A stretch of DNA of 51,907 nucleotides from a virus (Duplodnaviria > Caudoviricetes), in IMG/VR virus record IMGVR_UViG_3300017743_000014, positions 1-51,907 of that record, one strand, 5' to 3'. A program made the translations under genes and the position numbers. The notes under the pieces were generated by a model. The model searched no databases and was not told where the DNA came from. It saw nothing but the letters and a program-made list of their open reading frames with translations. The first letter of the stretch is position 1; the number at the start of each line of letters is the position of its first letter. Below are positions 7,929-18,594 of the stretch, in pieces.

Positions 7929-8702
7929 ATGAATTTCAAATGGATGACAGAGCAGGATGGTGATTTGTTTCGTAGCCTAAAGGGTCTTGTAAACAATGGT
8001 GGCTTTTTCAAGTCATCAGGTCAGGCAGCATTTTTTGAGAAGCGTGTTAAAGATGGCTGTCCTCACATTGGTCCATGCACTGCTTGGGATGCTTCTGTTG
8101 AGATTGCTGAAGGTCAGTACGCAGTCATCTGCGAGGGTCTGATCGGTATCACTGGTGACGACAACAGCTGGGGCAGTCGTTCACGTCGCAAGGCTTGGAT
8201 CTTCCTCATGGACAGCATGGGTGTTGTGGCTATGTTCATCGGTCGCTGCAAACACTACAGCGATGGATCTTCCCCGAATGGTGAAAAGACTGTTCGTGAG
8301 TTCGTCCGCACTGATGATGGTCGTGCGCAGGAGCTTGCCAAGACTTGGGCAGATGAGCGTGCCGCAAAAACCAAAGCCATTGGCGACAAGCGTTCTGCTT
8401 CCGAGCATGTTGGTGAGGTTGGCGAGCGTATCGTGATTGAAGGTTTCGCTAGACTCATCACTTCTTTTGACAATGCATATGGCACCAGCTACATGTACAT
8501 GATTGAGGACGCAAATGGCAATGCCTATAAATTTATCGGCAAAGGCATTCACACCTCAGAGCAGAGTGCTGATCGTCGCATTGCTTTTAAGTTGAAGGCA
8601 AAGTTCACTGTTAAGGCTCACGACGAATACAACGGCCAGAAGCAGACTGTGGTCAACCGCCCAAAGCTCATTGAGAACGAATCATTAGGAGTTGCGGCAT
8701 GA
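7929..8702 (+). CDS. Hypothetical early protein with C-terminal OB-fold-like domain
   Basis: HVGEVGERI...YGTSY...D..GN...TVKAH.EY.G.KQT...RPK pattern. Confidence 0.6.
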   Translation: MNFKWMTEQDGDLFRSLKGLVNNGGFFKSSGQAAFFEKRVKDGCPHIGPCTAWDASVEIAEGQYAVICEGLIGITGDDNSWGSRSRRKAWIFLMDSMGVVAMFIGRCKHYSDGSSPNGEKTVREFVRTDDGRAQELAKTWADERAAKTKAIGDKRSASEHVGEVGERIVIEGFARLITSFDNAYGTSYMYMIEDANGNAYKFIGKGIHTSEQSADRRIAFKLKAKFTVKAHDEYNGQKQTVVNRPKLIENESLGVAA

Positions 8703-8920
8703 TTAGTTGGCACAATGCTCCCGAGTATTCTTATAAAGGATACATTTATAAACCAGATGTTGATGAATACGATGATGGGGTTCGAAAGGCTTGGCACAAC
8801 ATAGTCAGAAGAGAGAACCCTGATGTTGTTGTCTTTACAACCAACCACTCGCCATACAGATGGATGACAGAAAGTGATTTCAAAGATTTTATAAACAGGA
8901 TGGAAAAAGTGACAGCTTAA
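8699..8920 (+). CDS. Hypothetical protein
   Basis: Translationally coupled on both sides (ATGA, TAATG). Confidence 0.65.
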   Translation: MISWHNAPEYSYKGYIYKPDVDEYDDGVRKAWHNIVRRENPDVVVFTTNHSPYRWMTESDFKDFINRMEKVTA

Positions 8921-10611
8921 TGATAATACAAAAAGCAAAAGGCAAGCACCTCATAGCTAGGGTTGCGCTAGATGGCAACTCAATACAAAAACTTTCCTCC
9001 CTCCCAGGATTTAAAAAGTGGGTCGGGAGGGATTTGCTTTTTGCACCAACTGGTGCCAACATTGAGCACATTCACAAGTTTTGGCCAGACGCACATTGGT
9101 CTGTTGATGCTATGCCTGTGCTTGAAGAATATATTGAGACTCTTCGGGAAGCTGAGCAAAACCGAGAAGACAAAAGCAAGCCTGTTGAAGATCTCGGTGA
9201 CTTCATGTTTAAGACTCGTCCCTTTGATCATCAACGTAAAGCCTTTTATCTTTCCCGAGACAAAGAGTCGTTTGCACTTTTGATGGAGCAAGGCACAGGC
9301 AAAACAAAAGTAGTGCTTGACAATGCGGCATATCTTTACGGAAAAGGCAAGATAACAGCTCTTGTTGTTATAGCTCCCAATGGTGTTCACCGAAACTGGC
9401 TTAGCAAAGAGATACCAGATCATATGCCTGACTGGTGCCCAACAAAGCCAGTTTATTATTACTCAGGCATGACTAAAAAAGAAACAGAAGCCTTTGATGA
9501 GGTTCTGGCTGAAACAGAGATGCTAAAAGTCTTTAGCTTCAATGTTGAGGCTTTTGTGAGCGACAAAGCTACAAACTTCATGAAGAGAGTTCTTTTAAGC
9601 AACGAGGTAATGCTTGTTGTTGATGAAAGTTCCCGCATCAAACGTCCAGGAGCCAAGCGAACAAAGATCATAACTAAATTTTCAAACATGGCTAAATATC
9701 GTCGGATAATGACAGGCACACCAGTGACCAAAGGACCAGAAGACATTTACAGCCAGTTCAAGTTCCTTGATCATCAGATCCTAGGATATGACAGCTTTTA
9801 CTCATTCAGAGCTCGCTATTGCATCATGGGTGGTTTTGAGAACAAACAGATCGTCTCGTATCAAAACATTGATGAGCTAACGAGGAACATTGAAGGTCAT
9901 TCATTCAGAGTTCTTAAAAAAGATTGCCTAGACTTGCCTGAGAAAATATATCAGCGTCACCCTGTTGACCTATCCCCAAAACAACGCAAGCTCTACAATC
10001 AGCTTCGCAAAGACTTCATAGCAGAACTAGAGGGTGAGCAGATTGATGCTCCAGAAGCAATAACTAGGTTGCTCAGGCTTCAGCAGATTGTTTGCGGGTG
10101 GTTCCCAATGGAAGAAGAGGTGAAGCCAATTGATGAAAAGAATCCTCGTTTGCAGGCTCTTTTGGATATTCTTAGCGACATTGAGTGCAAAGTAATCATA
10201 TGGGCACGATTTAAAGCTGATTTAAGGGTCATAGAGCGTGCTCTTGGGGAGTTGGCAGTGGCTTACCACGGAGAGGTGTCAAACGACCAGCGAGCGATCT
10301 CCGTAGAGCGATTTCAGAATGACCCGAAGATACGTTATTTTATAGGTCAGCCGCAGTCGGGTGGAATCGGTTTGACGCTGACAGCTGCAGAGTGTGCCAT
10401 CTATTATTCAAATAGCTTTGATCTTGAGACTCGCCTTCAATCCGAGGACAGGTGCCACCGCATCGGCACAAAGAATAATGTCACTTACATTGATTTGGAA
10501 TCACCAAAAACAATTGACACAAAAATCATCAAAGCTCTGAGAAGCAAAAAGAGCCTAGCTGATATTGTAACAAAAGACCCCATATCATTATTTTTAACAG
10601 ACGAGGACTGA
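8920..10611 (+). CDS. SNF2-family SF2 helicase/ATPase
   Basis: MEQGTGKT, DESS, TGTP, RLQQI, GGIGLTL, QSEDRCHRIG. Confidence 0.93.
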   Translation: MIIQKAKGKHLIARVALDGNSIQKLSSLPGFKKWVGRDLLFAPTGANIEHIHKFWPDAHWSVDAMPVLEEYIETLREAEQNREDKSKPVEDLGDFMFKTRPFDHQRKAFYLSRDKESFALLMEQGTGKTKVVLDNAAYLYGKGKITALVVIAPNGVHRNWLSKEIPDHMPDWCPTKPVYYYSGMTKKETEAFDEVLAETEMLKVFSFNVEAFVSDKATNFMKRVLLSNEVMLVVDESSRIKRPGAKRTKIITKFSNMAKYRRIMTGTPVTKGPEDIYSQFKFLDHQILGYDSFYSFRARYCIMGGFENKQIVSYQNIDELTRNIEGHSFRVLKKDCLDLPEKIYQRHPVDLSPKQRKLYNQLRKDFIAELEGEQIDAPEAITRLLRLQQIVCGWFPMEEEVKPIDEKNPRLQALLDILSDIECKVIIWARFKADLRVIERALGELAVAYHGEVSNDQRAISVERFQNDPKIRYFIGQPQSGGIGLTLTAAECAIYYSNSFDLETRLQSEDRCHRIGTKNNVTYIDLESPKTIDTKIIKALRSKKSLADIVTKDPISLFLTDED

Positions 10612-11022
10612 ATGAGCGAAAAAAACTTTTGGGTGCTGTTGCGCACTTCAATGAGAAAATTAAAAATGTATAGAGTTGAGAACAGGGTTATGAAAGGAAT
10701 GCCTGATGTTCATTACATACGTGAGGGAAGCTCTGGCTGGATAGAATTAAAATATATGAAGAGTTGGCCAAAGACCCGCATGTCAACAGGATTAAAATTG
10801 AATCAATCTTTCTGGCTAAAGGAATACGACGAACACAAAGGCAAGTGTTGGATCCTTATAAGAGTCGGTAGAGACTTCATAGGCCTAATAAATGGCAACA
10901 ATGCAAAAAGGCTTTTTGACAGACCATCAAGAAAAGATTTTTTTGAAATGCTTGATTACAAAAAGATGGGCAACATGACCAAGGAAGATTGGGACGAGCT
11001 TCAGGCTATCTTGATTGCTTGA
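10612..11022 (+). CDS. PD-(D/E)XK nuclease (VRR-NUC / Holliday junction resolvase-like)
   Basis: MSE..FW, GMPDV, WIELK, Q..WL. Confidence 0.75.
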   Translation: MSEKNFWVLLRTSMRKLKMYRVENRVMKGMPDVHYIREGSSGWIELKYMKSWPKTRMSTGLKLNQSFWLKEYDEHKGKCWILIRVGRDFIGLINGNNAKRLFDRPSRKDFFEMLDYKKMGNMTKEDWDELQAILIA

Positions 11023-11449
11023 GTATATAAAGCCACCAGACAAATGCAACAAGAATAGCTACACCGATCGCTATGATGCCAGCGACAGCTATATATTCTA
11101 TGACCTCTTGCCGTCGTCTTTTTGCAAGCTCTTCTTGAACCCTGCGTGACTTTCTTGCTTCAACCAAGAATCTTTGATAATCACTCCATAGTCCAGGACG
11201 CCCTGACCAAATCATAAATTGTTTCAGCTGGTCTTCTTGTTCTCTGATTTTTTCAAGAGCCATAAACTCTTCAAGGTCTGACCCGCCAACCCCACCACGT
11301 TTTTTCTTATTGCCTTTACGTTGAAGCTCTTCTTTGGCTGTCACAAAGTTGGCTATTGCTGAGCCAGCCGCAGTTAGCTCTCGTCCGTTTTGGACGCAAC
11401 TTTTGATTACTGCGAATGCGGCATTTGCTGCAGCAAGTTCTGCTAACAT
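11006..11449 (-). CDS. Hypothetical protein with C-terminal transmembrane helix
   Basis: Coiled-coil body plus YIAVAGIIAIGVAILVAFVWWLY. Last gene of the late operon. Confidence 0.7.
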   Translation of the reverse strand: MLAELAAANAAFAVIKSCVQNGRELTAAGSAIANFVTAKEELQRKGNKKKRGGVGGSDLEEFMALEKIREQEDQLKQFMIWSGRPGLWSDYQRFLVEARKSRRVQEELAKRRRQEVIEYIAVAGIIAIGVAILVAFVWWLYILKQSR

Positions 11450-11450
11450 G

Positions 11451-13709
11451 TTACTGCGATTGAGCTGACTGATTCAGCTTGTTGATTACTGATGGGGGTG
11501 CAGACTCTATTATTGATTGAAGTGATGGAGAAGAAACTTCGTCTCCCATTTCTTCAACAACTGTTGGCCTTGTTGATATGGACAATGCGGAGGTGAACAA
11601 AGGCATATTGGTTCTTCTTAAATATTGCCTTGTTGCGTCTTTTGCGGCACCTGTGGCTTTTATGCCTTCAATCGCGTCAACTGCATCCCTACCAACAATT
11701 GGCACTATCCTCGCATAGTTAAGCAAGCCATTGCGAGCCAAACCTGACAAAACTGTGTAGCCTGAGTTTGAAGGATTCAATTTTACTTCAGCCCAAAGTG
11801 TAGGCATCACATCATTGCGGAACTGGCTTACACGTGCAATCTCATCAGGACTAAAGAGCAGACCTGTGATCGCTTTGTTTTTGACGAACACATCATCATA
11901 GTTGTTAACGATATTTGTGCGGGTGACACCAGACTTGCCAGACCCTGAGAATGCTTTCTCAAGAACTGCGTCTTTGGCTAATGCAACCACTTCTGAATAT
12001 TGATCTTCAGGCAGTGCTGCCTTCAGTTTATTCAAGACCAAACCCATTGATTGATTCGGGTTAAATTTTGCATGACCGAAGAATGCATTCACAACTTGCT
12101 TGGGGGTGAAGTTCTCATTTGTGATCATTGTTAGTATTCTGTTGGCTGCTTTTTCTTGAGCATCTTTGCCTGTGGCTTTTCCTGTCAGTCCGATGTACTG
12201 CCTGTAAAGGTCTGTGGCCTCTTTAAGCGAATCAAGAACAGCTTGGTCACCAGTCATAAAGCCTGATTCAATTCCATCAAAGACAGCTTGATCAACTTCT
12301 GTTTTAATTTTTCCGAGAGCCAATGCCTCTGGTGATCCTGCTTCTGCTGTCCTCATTGCTCTGTTAAGGCTTTTTTGATAACCATGCAAGATATTAAGTG
12401 GCGAACCTTTGAAACGAGGATTTTGGGCGAGCTTGTTAATTTTTTTCAAGTAGTCAATCTCACGCTTGAGCAAAGACATATCACCAAGCTCTCTGGCTGT
12501 AATGCCAAGTCCATCAGGGCTAAGCACTGAATCAAGAGCACGTTGAGAAGTCGTCAAAACTCCATCGCGAGTCATCACAGGCTGAAACTCAGACCCTTGA
12601 ACAACATCATAGGCTTTGCCTGCTCTGGCTTTAAGGCTTGCTGCGGCTGATACGCCTGTTGCTTGAATCTCTTCAGCGACTGCCGTTGGCACATCTGCGG
12701 CATCTGTTATTGCTGGGCGACCTGTTCCAAACTCATCAGCCAAAGCTGCTGCATCAGCCCTAATCTCATCAAGCTGACGCTCATCAAAACCACGAATAAT
12801 GTTTGCGGCAACTGGGTTAGTTCCTGGAGCACGACGCATAACGTCTTCAGACTCAAGATCTGGAGTGACCTTTTCAGTTGGTCCAGATTTCCTGTCAGGC
12901 AGAGGTGCGGTACGTTGCCCGACTGTCAGTGGGTACTTTGATGTTTGTATGTTCTTAGGCTCAAACCTTGGGAAAACTTTCGCCACAGTTTCGGAGACTG
13001 TGCTTGTGCCTGCTCTCAGAGCTTTGCTTGTGCCTTTGATTACTGGTGGTGCCAGAACATCAATAGCTACGCCCAAACCTGTAGCCACCCCGACATCACC
13101 AGCAACATCACCCATGTCTTGATCTTTGGCTTTTGTTGTTTCGGGTGTAAGCAATGCCTCACCAGCTTGCCCAGCCAACTCTGTGGCAGAGTATGCACCA
13201 GTTCCGCGAAGGATTGTTTGAACTATATTTTTTGCACCACTGACAAATTTACTAGCAGGTGCGAACTTAATTATCTCACCAGTCAGAGTCCCGATGTCTT
13301 GGCCAGAGAATCCTGGCTTGTTTACATAATATGGCTTGTCATTCCAAACAATCATAGGGTTGTCAAACTTATCAACAAATGCTCCACCCCAGCGTTCATC
13401 GTCGCCAAAGGTGTCTTCCATGATTTCAGCTTTACCAAAGTCGTCACGAGCGAACATTAGCTTGTTGTTCATCATGAATGCTTCAAAGAATCCTGGAGCT
13501 GCATCGCCCATGTCTGTTGTTTCAGGAATGTTCGGGAACTCAATCGGGATGCCCTCGCCAGTAGCAGCTGCATATATGCCTCCAGGAAGAGCAGCAATGT
13601 CTTCCCAAAGACTAGTTTCGTTTGCCTCAACAACTTGCTCTGCCTCAGGAGTCGGGTTGTTCCCTACATTAACACCGCCAGCACCAGCTGGTAAAGGAAT
13701 TCCTGCCAT
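11451..13709 (-). CDS. Large internal virion / DNA ejection protein
   Basis: Ala/Gly-rich helical protein at the end of the podovirus tail module. Start at TAATG overlap (13709). Confidence 0.6.
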   Translation of the reverse strand: MAGIPLPAGAGGVNVGNNPTPEAEQVVEANETSLWEDIAALPGGIYAAATGEGIPIEFPNIPETTDMGDAAPGFFEAFMMNNKLMFARDDFGKAEIMEDTFGDDERWGGAFVDKFDNPMIVWNDKPYYVNKPGFSGQDIGTLTGEIIKFAPASKFVSGAKNIVQTILRGTGAYSATELAGQAGEALLTPETTKAKDQDMGDVAGDVGVATGLGVAIDVLAPPVIKGTSKALRAGTSTVSETVAKVFPRFEPKNIQTSKYPLTVGQRTAPLPDRKSGPTEKVTPDLESEDVMRRAPGTNPVAANIIRGFDERQLDEIRADAAALADEFGTGRPAITDAADVPTAVAEEIQATGVSAAASLKARAGKAYDVVQGSEFQPVMTRDGVLTTSQRALDSVLSPDGLGITARELGDMSLLKREIDYLKKINKLAQNPRFKGSPLNILHGYQKSLNRAMRTAEAGSPEALALGKIKTEVDQAVFDGIESGFMTGDQAVLDSLKEATDLYRQYIGLTGKATGKDAQEKAANRILTMITNENFTPKQVVNAFFGHAKFNPNQSMGLVLNKLKAALPEDQYSEVVALAKDAVLEKAFSGSGKSGVTRTNIVNNYDDVFVKNKAITGLLFSPDEIARVSQFRNDVMPTLWAEVKLNPSNSGYTVLSGLARNGLLNYARIVPIVGRDAVDAIEGIKATGAAKDATRQYLRRTNMPLFTSALSISTRPTVVEEMGDEVSSPSLQSIIESAPPSVINKLNQSAQSQ

Positions 13710-15379
13710 TAGTTTGTGCCTCCCCAACCTTTAATTATGTATGGCGAGTTTGAATCAAATATGCCATTGTTGATTATTACAGACCCATCAGGCAGTCCGT
13801 TATAAAACTCAAGGACAGCTTCTTCATCAGAGGGATCGCCTAAGAATTTTTCAAAGATTCCTGTATCATTTGTCCCCAGAGCTGCGTTAACTTCTTTCAT
13901 GCTGCTATATTCACCCGAAGTTAAAAGTTCTGTCTCAAGTTGATTGAGCCTAACTCCATTTTCAGCCATCTTTTTAAAAGCATACAAAGAGATATAGTTG
14001 GCTTCAGGAGTGTTGCCGAGGTATAATGCTGCTTGCTGGTAGGCTTTAAATTCCATATCGGAAGTTGAACCAGAACCAACAGGACGCATCTTAGGAGCCA
14101 AGAAGTTTGAAGTCGCTTGCAAAGTCTCAAGACCCATAACTTCAGGATCATTGATCCCAAACGACTGATTAAATATCTGCTTGAATGGGAGCAGTGCTTG
14201 ATTAAGACGACCTGTTTCAACTTTACCAGACAACAATAGGCTCATCGCCTCATCAACCCTCGGGATAACCTCACGAGCTGTCGTGTTGTATGTGTCGGCT
14301 GACTTCGCAATGATCGGGAGACGCTTCTCAACATATGTCGTAAAGTATGGAGCTGCTGCACTTTTGGAAGGTGAAAGCTGAAGACTAATGACCTCTCCAT
14401 CTTTGAAGAGTGGGAACACCTCTGTATATACGCCAGCTTGAACGATAGGTTTTCCGACTTGAGCATCTCTTTTTGCTGTAAGTTGATCAACAAAAGATTT
14501 AAACTTAGGATTGTCTTTCGCCATCCCCTGAGAAATAACGAATGCTTTTGCATCTTCCGCAGTCATGTATGTTGCCAGAGTTCCTGCGCTAACAGTCTTG
14601 ATTGTGCTGGTTAAGGATTCAGGCTTGATGTCTGACCAACCACCTTCTTCACTTGTGGAAGAAATGTAATCAGCCTCAGAATAAACTTTTTTCTCTTCAC
14701 CATCTTTGTAAACTGTACGAGCAGAAAACTTTGTAGGTTTGCTGGTCAGGAAGAAGCCACCACCCTGCGCAGCATCAGAGGTCGCAGTTGAATAGGCTTG
14801 TGTTCCTGGAACAACTCTGACAGACTCACCAGAACTGTTATAAAGAGTTACGGCTGGCTGCTTGGTTGTCGGGTCAGCCATCTGGACAGTTCGGAGCAAG
14901 TTGCCTGCTTTGTCCTCAACCCTATAATTATAAAATGTTGCACCTGTTGTTTGATCAATCTTGACTGAACCATCTTCATTAGTCACTGGCTCTGCTCGCT
15001 TGTAGTTTTCGCCTACGCCTGTGCCTGCTGGTGATTTTGTAAGTTGTGCGATGTTAAGAGCTGTTTGAGGAAGAGATGCTTCATACTTCTGCTGGGCTTC
15101 TCTGTCTTTCATTAAATATTGTGCTGGGACGAGTGCTGCTTGACTTGCTGCCCCCAGAGCTGTGGCTCCTGGCTTTGAAGCCTCTGCAGCCATGTTAGTA
15201 AAAAACTGGAATGCAAGTTGTGCGGGTGTTAAGCCTTGTGGCCTTGGCTGAATTGATTGAGCCAGCTGGATGGCATTTGCAACATTATCACGTCCACCGA
15301 ATCCTTTAAGTGCACCCTGCGGGAGATTCAAGATGTTTGTGTTTGATGCTCCTAGGAGTTTATTATCACCAACAGCCAT
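13709..15379 (-). CDS. Internal virion / ejection protein
   Basis: Position in operon. GSGSTSDMEF motif, Ala/Gln-rich N-terminus. Confidence 0.6.
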   Translation of the reverse strand: MAVGDNKLLGASNTNILNLPQGALKGFGGRDNVANAIQLAQSIQPRPQGLTPAQLAFQFFTNMAAEASKPGATALGAASQAALVPAQYLMKDREAQQKYEASLPQTALNIAQLTKSPAGTGVGENYKRAEPVTNEDGSVKIDQTTGATFYNYRVEDKAGNLLRTVQMADPTTKQPAVTLYNSSGESVRVVPGTQAYSTATSDAAQGGGFFLTSKPTKFSARTVYKDGEEKKVYSEADYISSTSEEGGWSDIKPESLTSTIKTVSAGTLATYMTAEDAKAFVISQGMAKDNPKFKSFVDQLTAKRDAQVGKPIVQAGVYTEVFPLFKDGEVISLQLSPSKSAAAPYFTTYVEKRLPIIAKSADTYNTTAREVIPRVDEAMSLLLSGKVETGRLNQALLPFKQIFNQSFGINDPEVMGLETLQATSNFLAPKMRPVGSGSTSDMEFKAYQQAALYLGNTPEANYISLYAFKKMAENGVRLNQLETELLTSGEYSSMKEVNAALGTNDTGIFEKFLGDPSDEEAVLEFYNGLPDGSVIINNGIFDSNSPYIIKGWGGTN

Positions 15380-15383
15380 TCAC

Positions 15384-16493
15384 CTATCTCCCTTGACTCA
15401 TATAGTAAGCACTGGCCAAAGAGCCAAGCCCACCGAGTGTTTGTCCATAAATAGATGGCGTTTGAACATACTGCTGACCCTGAGAAAGAGAGTACTGAGT
15501 TGTCTCATACGGCACACCTTTAAGAGCACCCATAGCAAAGTTAAGCATCTGGAATGGATATTCTCTTTGCTCTACGTAATCTGAATAGGCCAAGTCAAGA
15601 GCCATCTGATCAAGCTTCCTGCGACCTTCTCCAGCAGAAAGCAATCCTGATGCTGCTTGTTCTGTCAATCCTTGAACCAAAGGTGCGAATGTTTGAAGTT
15701 GCTCTGCTGACCTTAGTCTTGAGGCTTCTTGAGTTTCGTAGCCAGCACGTTGTGCGCTCTCAGCCCCAAAACGAGCTTCTCTTTCTGTGTCAAAGTTTGA
15801 ACGCATTACATTCTCAGCTTGGAATCTTGCAGCCCTGTCTCTTTCTGATTGCGCTCTGTCTGCATCGAACCTTTGTGCACCAAACTGCAAACCTTCTGCG
15901 CCAGCTCTAGCACGGATGTCTCCTGCTGCCCTAGCAGTGCGGTCTGCCACTTCCATCTCTCCGAGGAACTGACGAGAACCTCCGAAAGATGATCCTGATC
16001 TTGCACGTTGTTGAATAAGTTGCTGTTGAAGTTGCCTTTCAGCTTCTGCGACTGCTGGGTCTGCGGCAGCTTGATACATGTCTATGAATGGCTGGGCTTG
16101 ATCAAGGCTAAACTGAGCAGATGGTCCACCTACAAGATCTTGCCTACTTGCACCTTCATATTCTTGGCCAAGAAGATCAGCACGAGATGCTTGATCATAA
16201 CCACTGCCAAGACGCTGTGTCGCATCATATGCTGCTTTCAAATATGGGTCGTAAACATCAGCACCCTGAGCCAAAAGACCAAAGCCTTGCTGCTCTTCTG
16301 GTGTTAGCTTGCTTCCACCATAGCTGGCGATCCTTGGACCTTGATACCCAGGATAATCACTTTTTGCTAGTTCTGCAGCTTGCTCAAAAAGGGTTCTGCC
16401 TCCTGCAGAAACCCAAGCAGGGATGTCTGTGCCTGTGAGAGTTTCTTCATATGTGGGTAAGTCTTCAACCCCTGTTGTACACAATCCACCCAT
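15384..16493 (-). CDS. Internal virion / DNA transfer protein (P22 gp7-like position)
   Basis: Gln/Ala-rich coiled coil, SFGGSRQ motif, hydrophobic Gly-rich C-terminus. Follows the GNAT gene. Confidence 0.6.
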   Translation of the reverse strand: MGGLCTTGVEDLPTYEETLTGTDIPAWVSAGGRTLFEQAAELAKSDYPGYQGPRIASYGGSKLTPEEQQGFGLLAQGADVYDPYLKAAYDATQRLGSGYDQASRADLLGQEYEGASRQDLVGGPSAQFSLDQAQPFIDMYQAAADPAVAEAERQLQQQLIQQRARSGSSFGGSRQFLGEMEVADRTARAAGDIRARAGAEGLQFGAQRFDADRAQSERDRAARFQAENVMRSNFDTEREARFGAESAQRAGYETQEASRLRSAEQLQTFAPLVQGLTEQAASGLLSAGEGRRKLDQMALDLAYSDYVEQREYPFQMLNFAMGALKGVPYETTQYSLSQGQQYVQTPSIYGQTLGGLGSLASAYYMSQGR

Positions 16494-16934
16494 CTATGCC
16501 TCCACGAACACTGAACCTGCTTTGGTCATGCCCAACTTTTCAAAGAACTTATCTTTACGTTCAAGATCTCCTGAAAAAATATGACCTAGCCTTACAGGTA
16601 GTTTAGCGTCATTTGCTGATTTTATAAAGTTTTTAATCAGATTAAGAGCTGCAGGAGTTTTACGATGATCAGGCGAAACATAAAACCAGTTGTCTGCAAG
16701 GAATTTTTCTTCCGACCACCAGTCTTGGCCGACCATCCCTCCGACAGACCCGATTAAATTATTTTTTTCATCCAATGCCACGAAAACAACACCTCTGTGT
16801 ATCACTTCATTTACTTTCGCCACCATCTTCTCGCTATTTATCTTTGGGGTTTCAAGCTCTGTACCTTGATGCATTTCTAGCAACATTCCCAATATAGCTG
16901 TAATATCAAATGGCGAAGCTCTCCTGATTTCCAT
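16494..16934 (-). CDS. GNAT-fold protein (T7 gp13 / P22 gp14-like position)
   Basis: MEIRRA...D, WFYVSPDHRK, KFFEKLG GNAT motifs. Confidence 0.75.
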   Translation of the reverse strand: MEIRRASPFDITAILGMLLEMHQGTELETPKINSEKMVAKVNEVIHRGVVFVALDEKNNLIGSVGGMVGQDWWSEEKFLADNWFYVSPDHRKTPAALNLIKNFIKSANDAKLPVRLGHIFSGDLERKDKFFEKLGMTKAGSVFVEA

Positions 16935-17260
16935 TACATGTTTCCAAGAGCACCCATATTTTTAGGCATGCCACCTGCTTGTTGGGGAGCTGCTTGACGC
17001 TGCATTCCTTTTGATTGCCCTGCGACAGCTTGTACGAGCTCTTGCAACTCTGGCAACAGCTTCATAAGAACTCTGGCAACTTCTGGGGTGATCGCAGAAT
17101 CAAGCATCCTCAGCTCTTCTGGACCCATGTTTGCCAGCCTTGACATAAGAACTGCACGGATGCCGTCTGATGATTTCATTAGGTTGGTGCGAGCTTCAGC
17201 TGGCATTGCTGCCAGAGGATTGGCAGTAGCACCATCCATCTTCATTGGTTCACGAGCCAT
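16934..17260 (-). CDS. Hypothetical protein
   Basis: TAATG coupling on both sides. Confidence 0.7.
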   Translation of the reverse strand: MAREPMKMDGATANPLAAMPAEARTNLMKSSDGIRAVLMSRLANMGPEELRMLDSAITPEVARVLMKLLPELQELVQAVAGQSKGMQRQAAPQQAGGMPKNMGALGNM

Positions 17261-18594
17261 TATTTAATCTCCTTTGGCTTATATAATACAGACCAGTCTT
17301 TGGTCTTTGAAAATGCACCCATGACCCAACATGTTGGCTCTAAAATGCGACGATATACTTTGCCTAAATAATCAGGCTTTTCCCGCTCACCATAAATGTA
17401 AGCTATTTCATTTGCTCTGTGCCCAGCAACATGTTTCCAAAAATTTACAAATTGACCTTTGCGCATCTGGCGTACCATCCACAAAGCCCATAGGTGATAA
17501 CCATTGACATGTTGCGGTGTTAAGTAATCACGAGTAAACCGATAATCAAGAACAACTTGCTTGCGAGTCATTACACCTTGACGACAAAGCTCGTTACATA
17601 TAACTCTGCCACCGAGAACCCCGCCAAGCACGCCACCGACAACTCCACCGAGTCCAGGAAGCAATGCATTTCCGATTGCAGTTCCGATTGCTGATGCGCC
17701 AGCTGACTTGGCTGCTTTCTCGGGATCTTCGCCCATAGCGAGTTGAACACCAAAGTTAACAAGACCAGCACCTGCGGCACCAGTCCAGTTTGCTTTTGCT
17801 GCTTCAGTACCATAAAGTCTATCGCCAACAGTTTCTATATATCCTGGAGTTGATGAAGATGCTGTGATTGCTTCGGATGTTATGTTGCCCTTGCCGTCTG
17901 CTACGGAAACAGAGCCTGACTTATCAACTTTGACTCCTGCTTTGCCTAACTCATCTGCGGTGTAAGAGGTAACATTGTCTCCGAGATTAGTTCCGACTTT
18001 ATCTCCTAGTTTATTATAAATGTCTAGGTTGCCTGTGGCTTCAGCGACATTCCTGTTGGCCAACTCAGAAACAACAATATTTTCTTTTGGCATTGATGCT
18101 ATATTATCAAACGCCAAACCCCTCACTGACGAGACTTCTTGCCCAGGAAGTTTACCGAATGTGCTTCCTACGCCTGAAAGAACTTTACTTCCTGTTCCTC
18201 CTGTCAAGTAAGGATCAAACAGTGCCGCACCAACTTGAGATGCTGCAGCTTGCCCTACTTGTCCAGCTGTGCCGATTGCTACTGCTTTGCCGATGTCTGA
18301 CCAATTAGGAAGTCCTGGAGGTGGCTCTCTGCCTTCTGTTAACTCTCTGTATTCTTCTAGCCTTTGCCTATCAACCAAATCATTAGGGTCATATGTGCGA
18401 GTTCCTGACTGAATGGTTTTGACCCATTCAAAAACAGGCATTGCTCCTGTGCCATAATTTTGCTGTATGTATTCAGCACTCACTGTTGGCGTTTGAGCTA
18501 CATTTTGATAAACACCATATACAACTGGCCTATCACCTTCTTCATCAAGCGTGAGGCCTGTCAGTGCTCCTGGATTATCTGTCACTTGTACCAT
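17260..18594 (-). CDS. Putative virion protein with glycine zipper and C-terminal VIC/GYxxW domain
   Basis: GTAIGNALLPGLGGVVGGVLGGVLGG followed by RVICNEL...GYHLWA. Confidence 0.65.
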   Translation of the reverse strand: MVQVTDNPGALTGLTLDEEGDRPVVYGVYQNVAQTPTVSAEYIQQNYGTGAMPVFEWVKTIQSGTRTYDPNDLVDRQRLEEYRELTEGREPPPGLPNWSDIGKAVAIGTAGQVGQAAASQVGAALFDPYLTGGTGSKVLSGVGSTFGKLPGQEVSSVRGLAFDNIASMPKENIVVSELANRNVAEATGNLDIYNKLGDKVGTNLGDNVTSYTADELGKAGVKVDKSGSVSVADGKGNITSEAITASSSTPGYIETVGDRLYGTEAAKANWTGAAGAGLVNFGVQLAMGEDPEKAAKSAGASAIGTAIGNALLPGLGGVVGGVLGGVLGGRVICNELCRQGVMTRKQVVLDYRFTRDYLTPQHVNGYHLWALWMVRQMRKGQFVNFWKHVAGHRANEIAYIYGEREKPDYLGKVYRRILEPTCWVMGAFSKTKDWSVLYKPKEIK

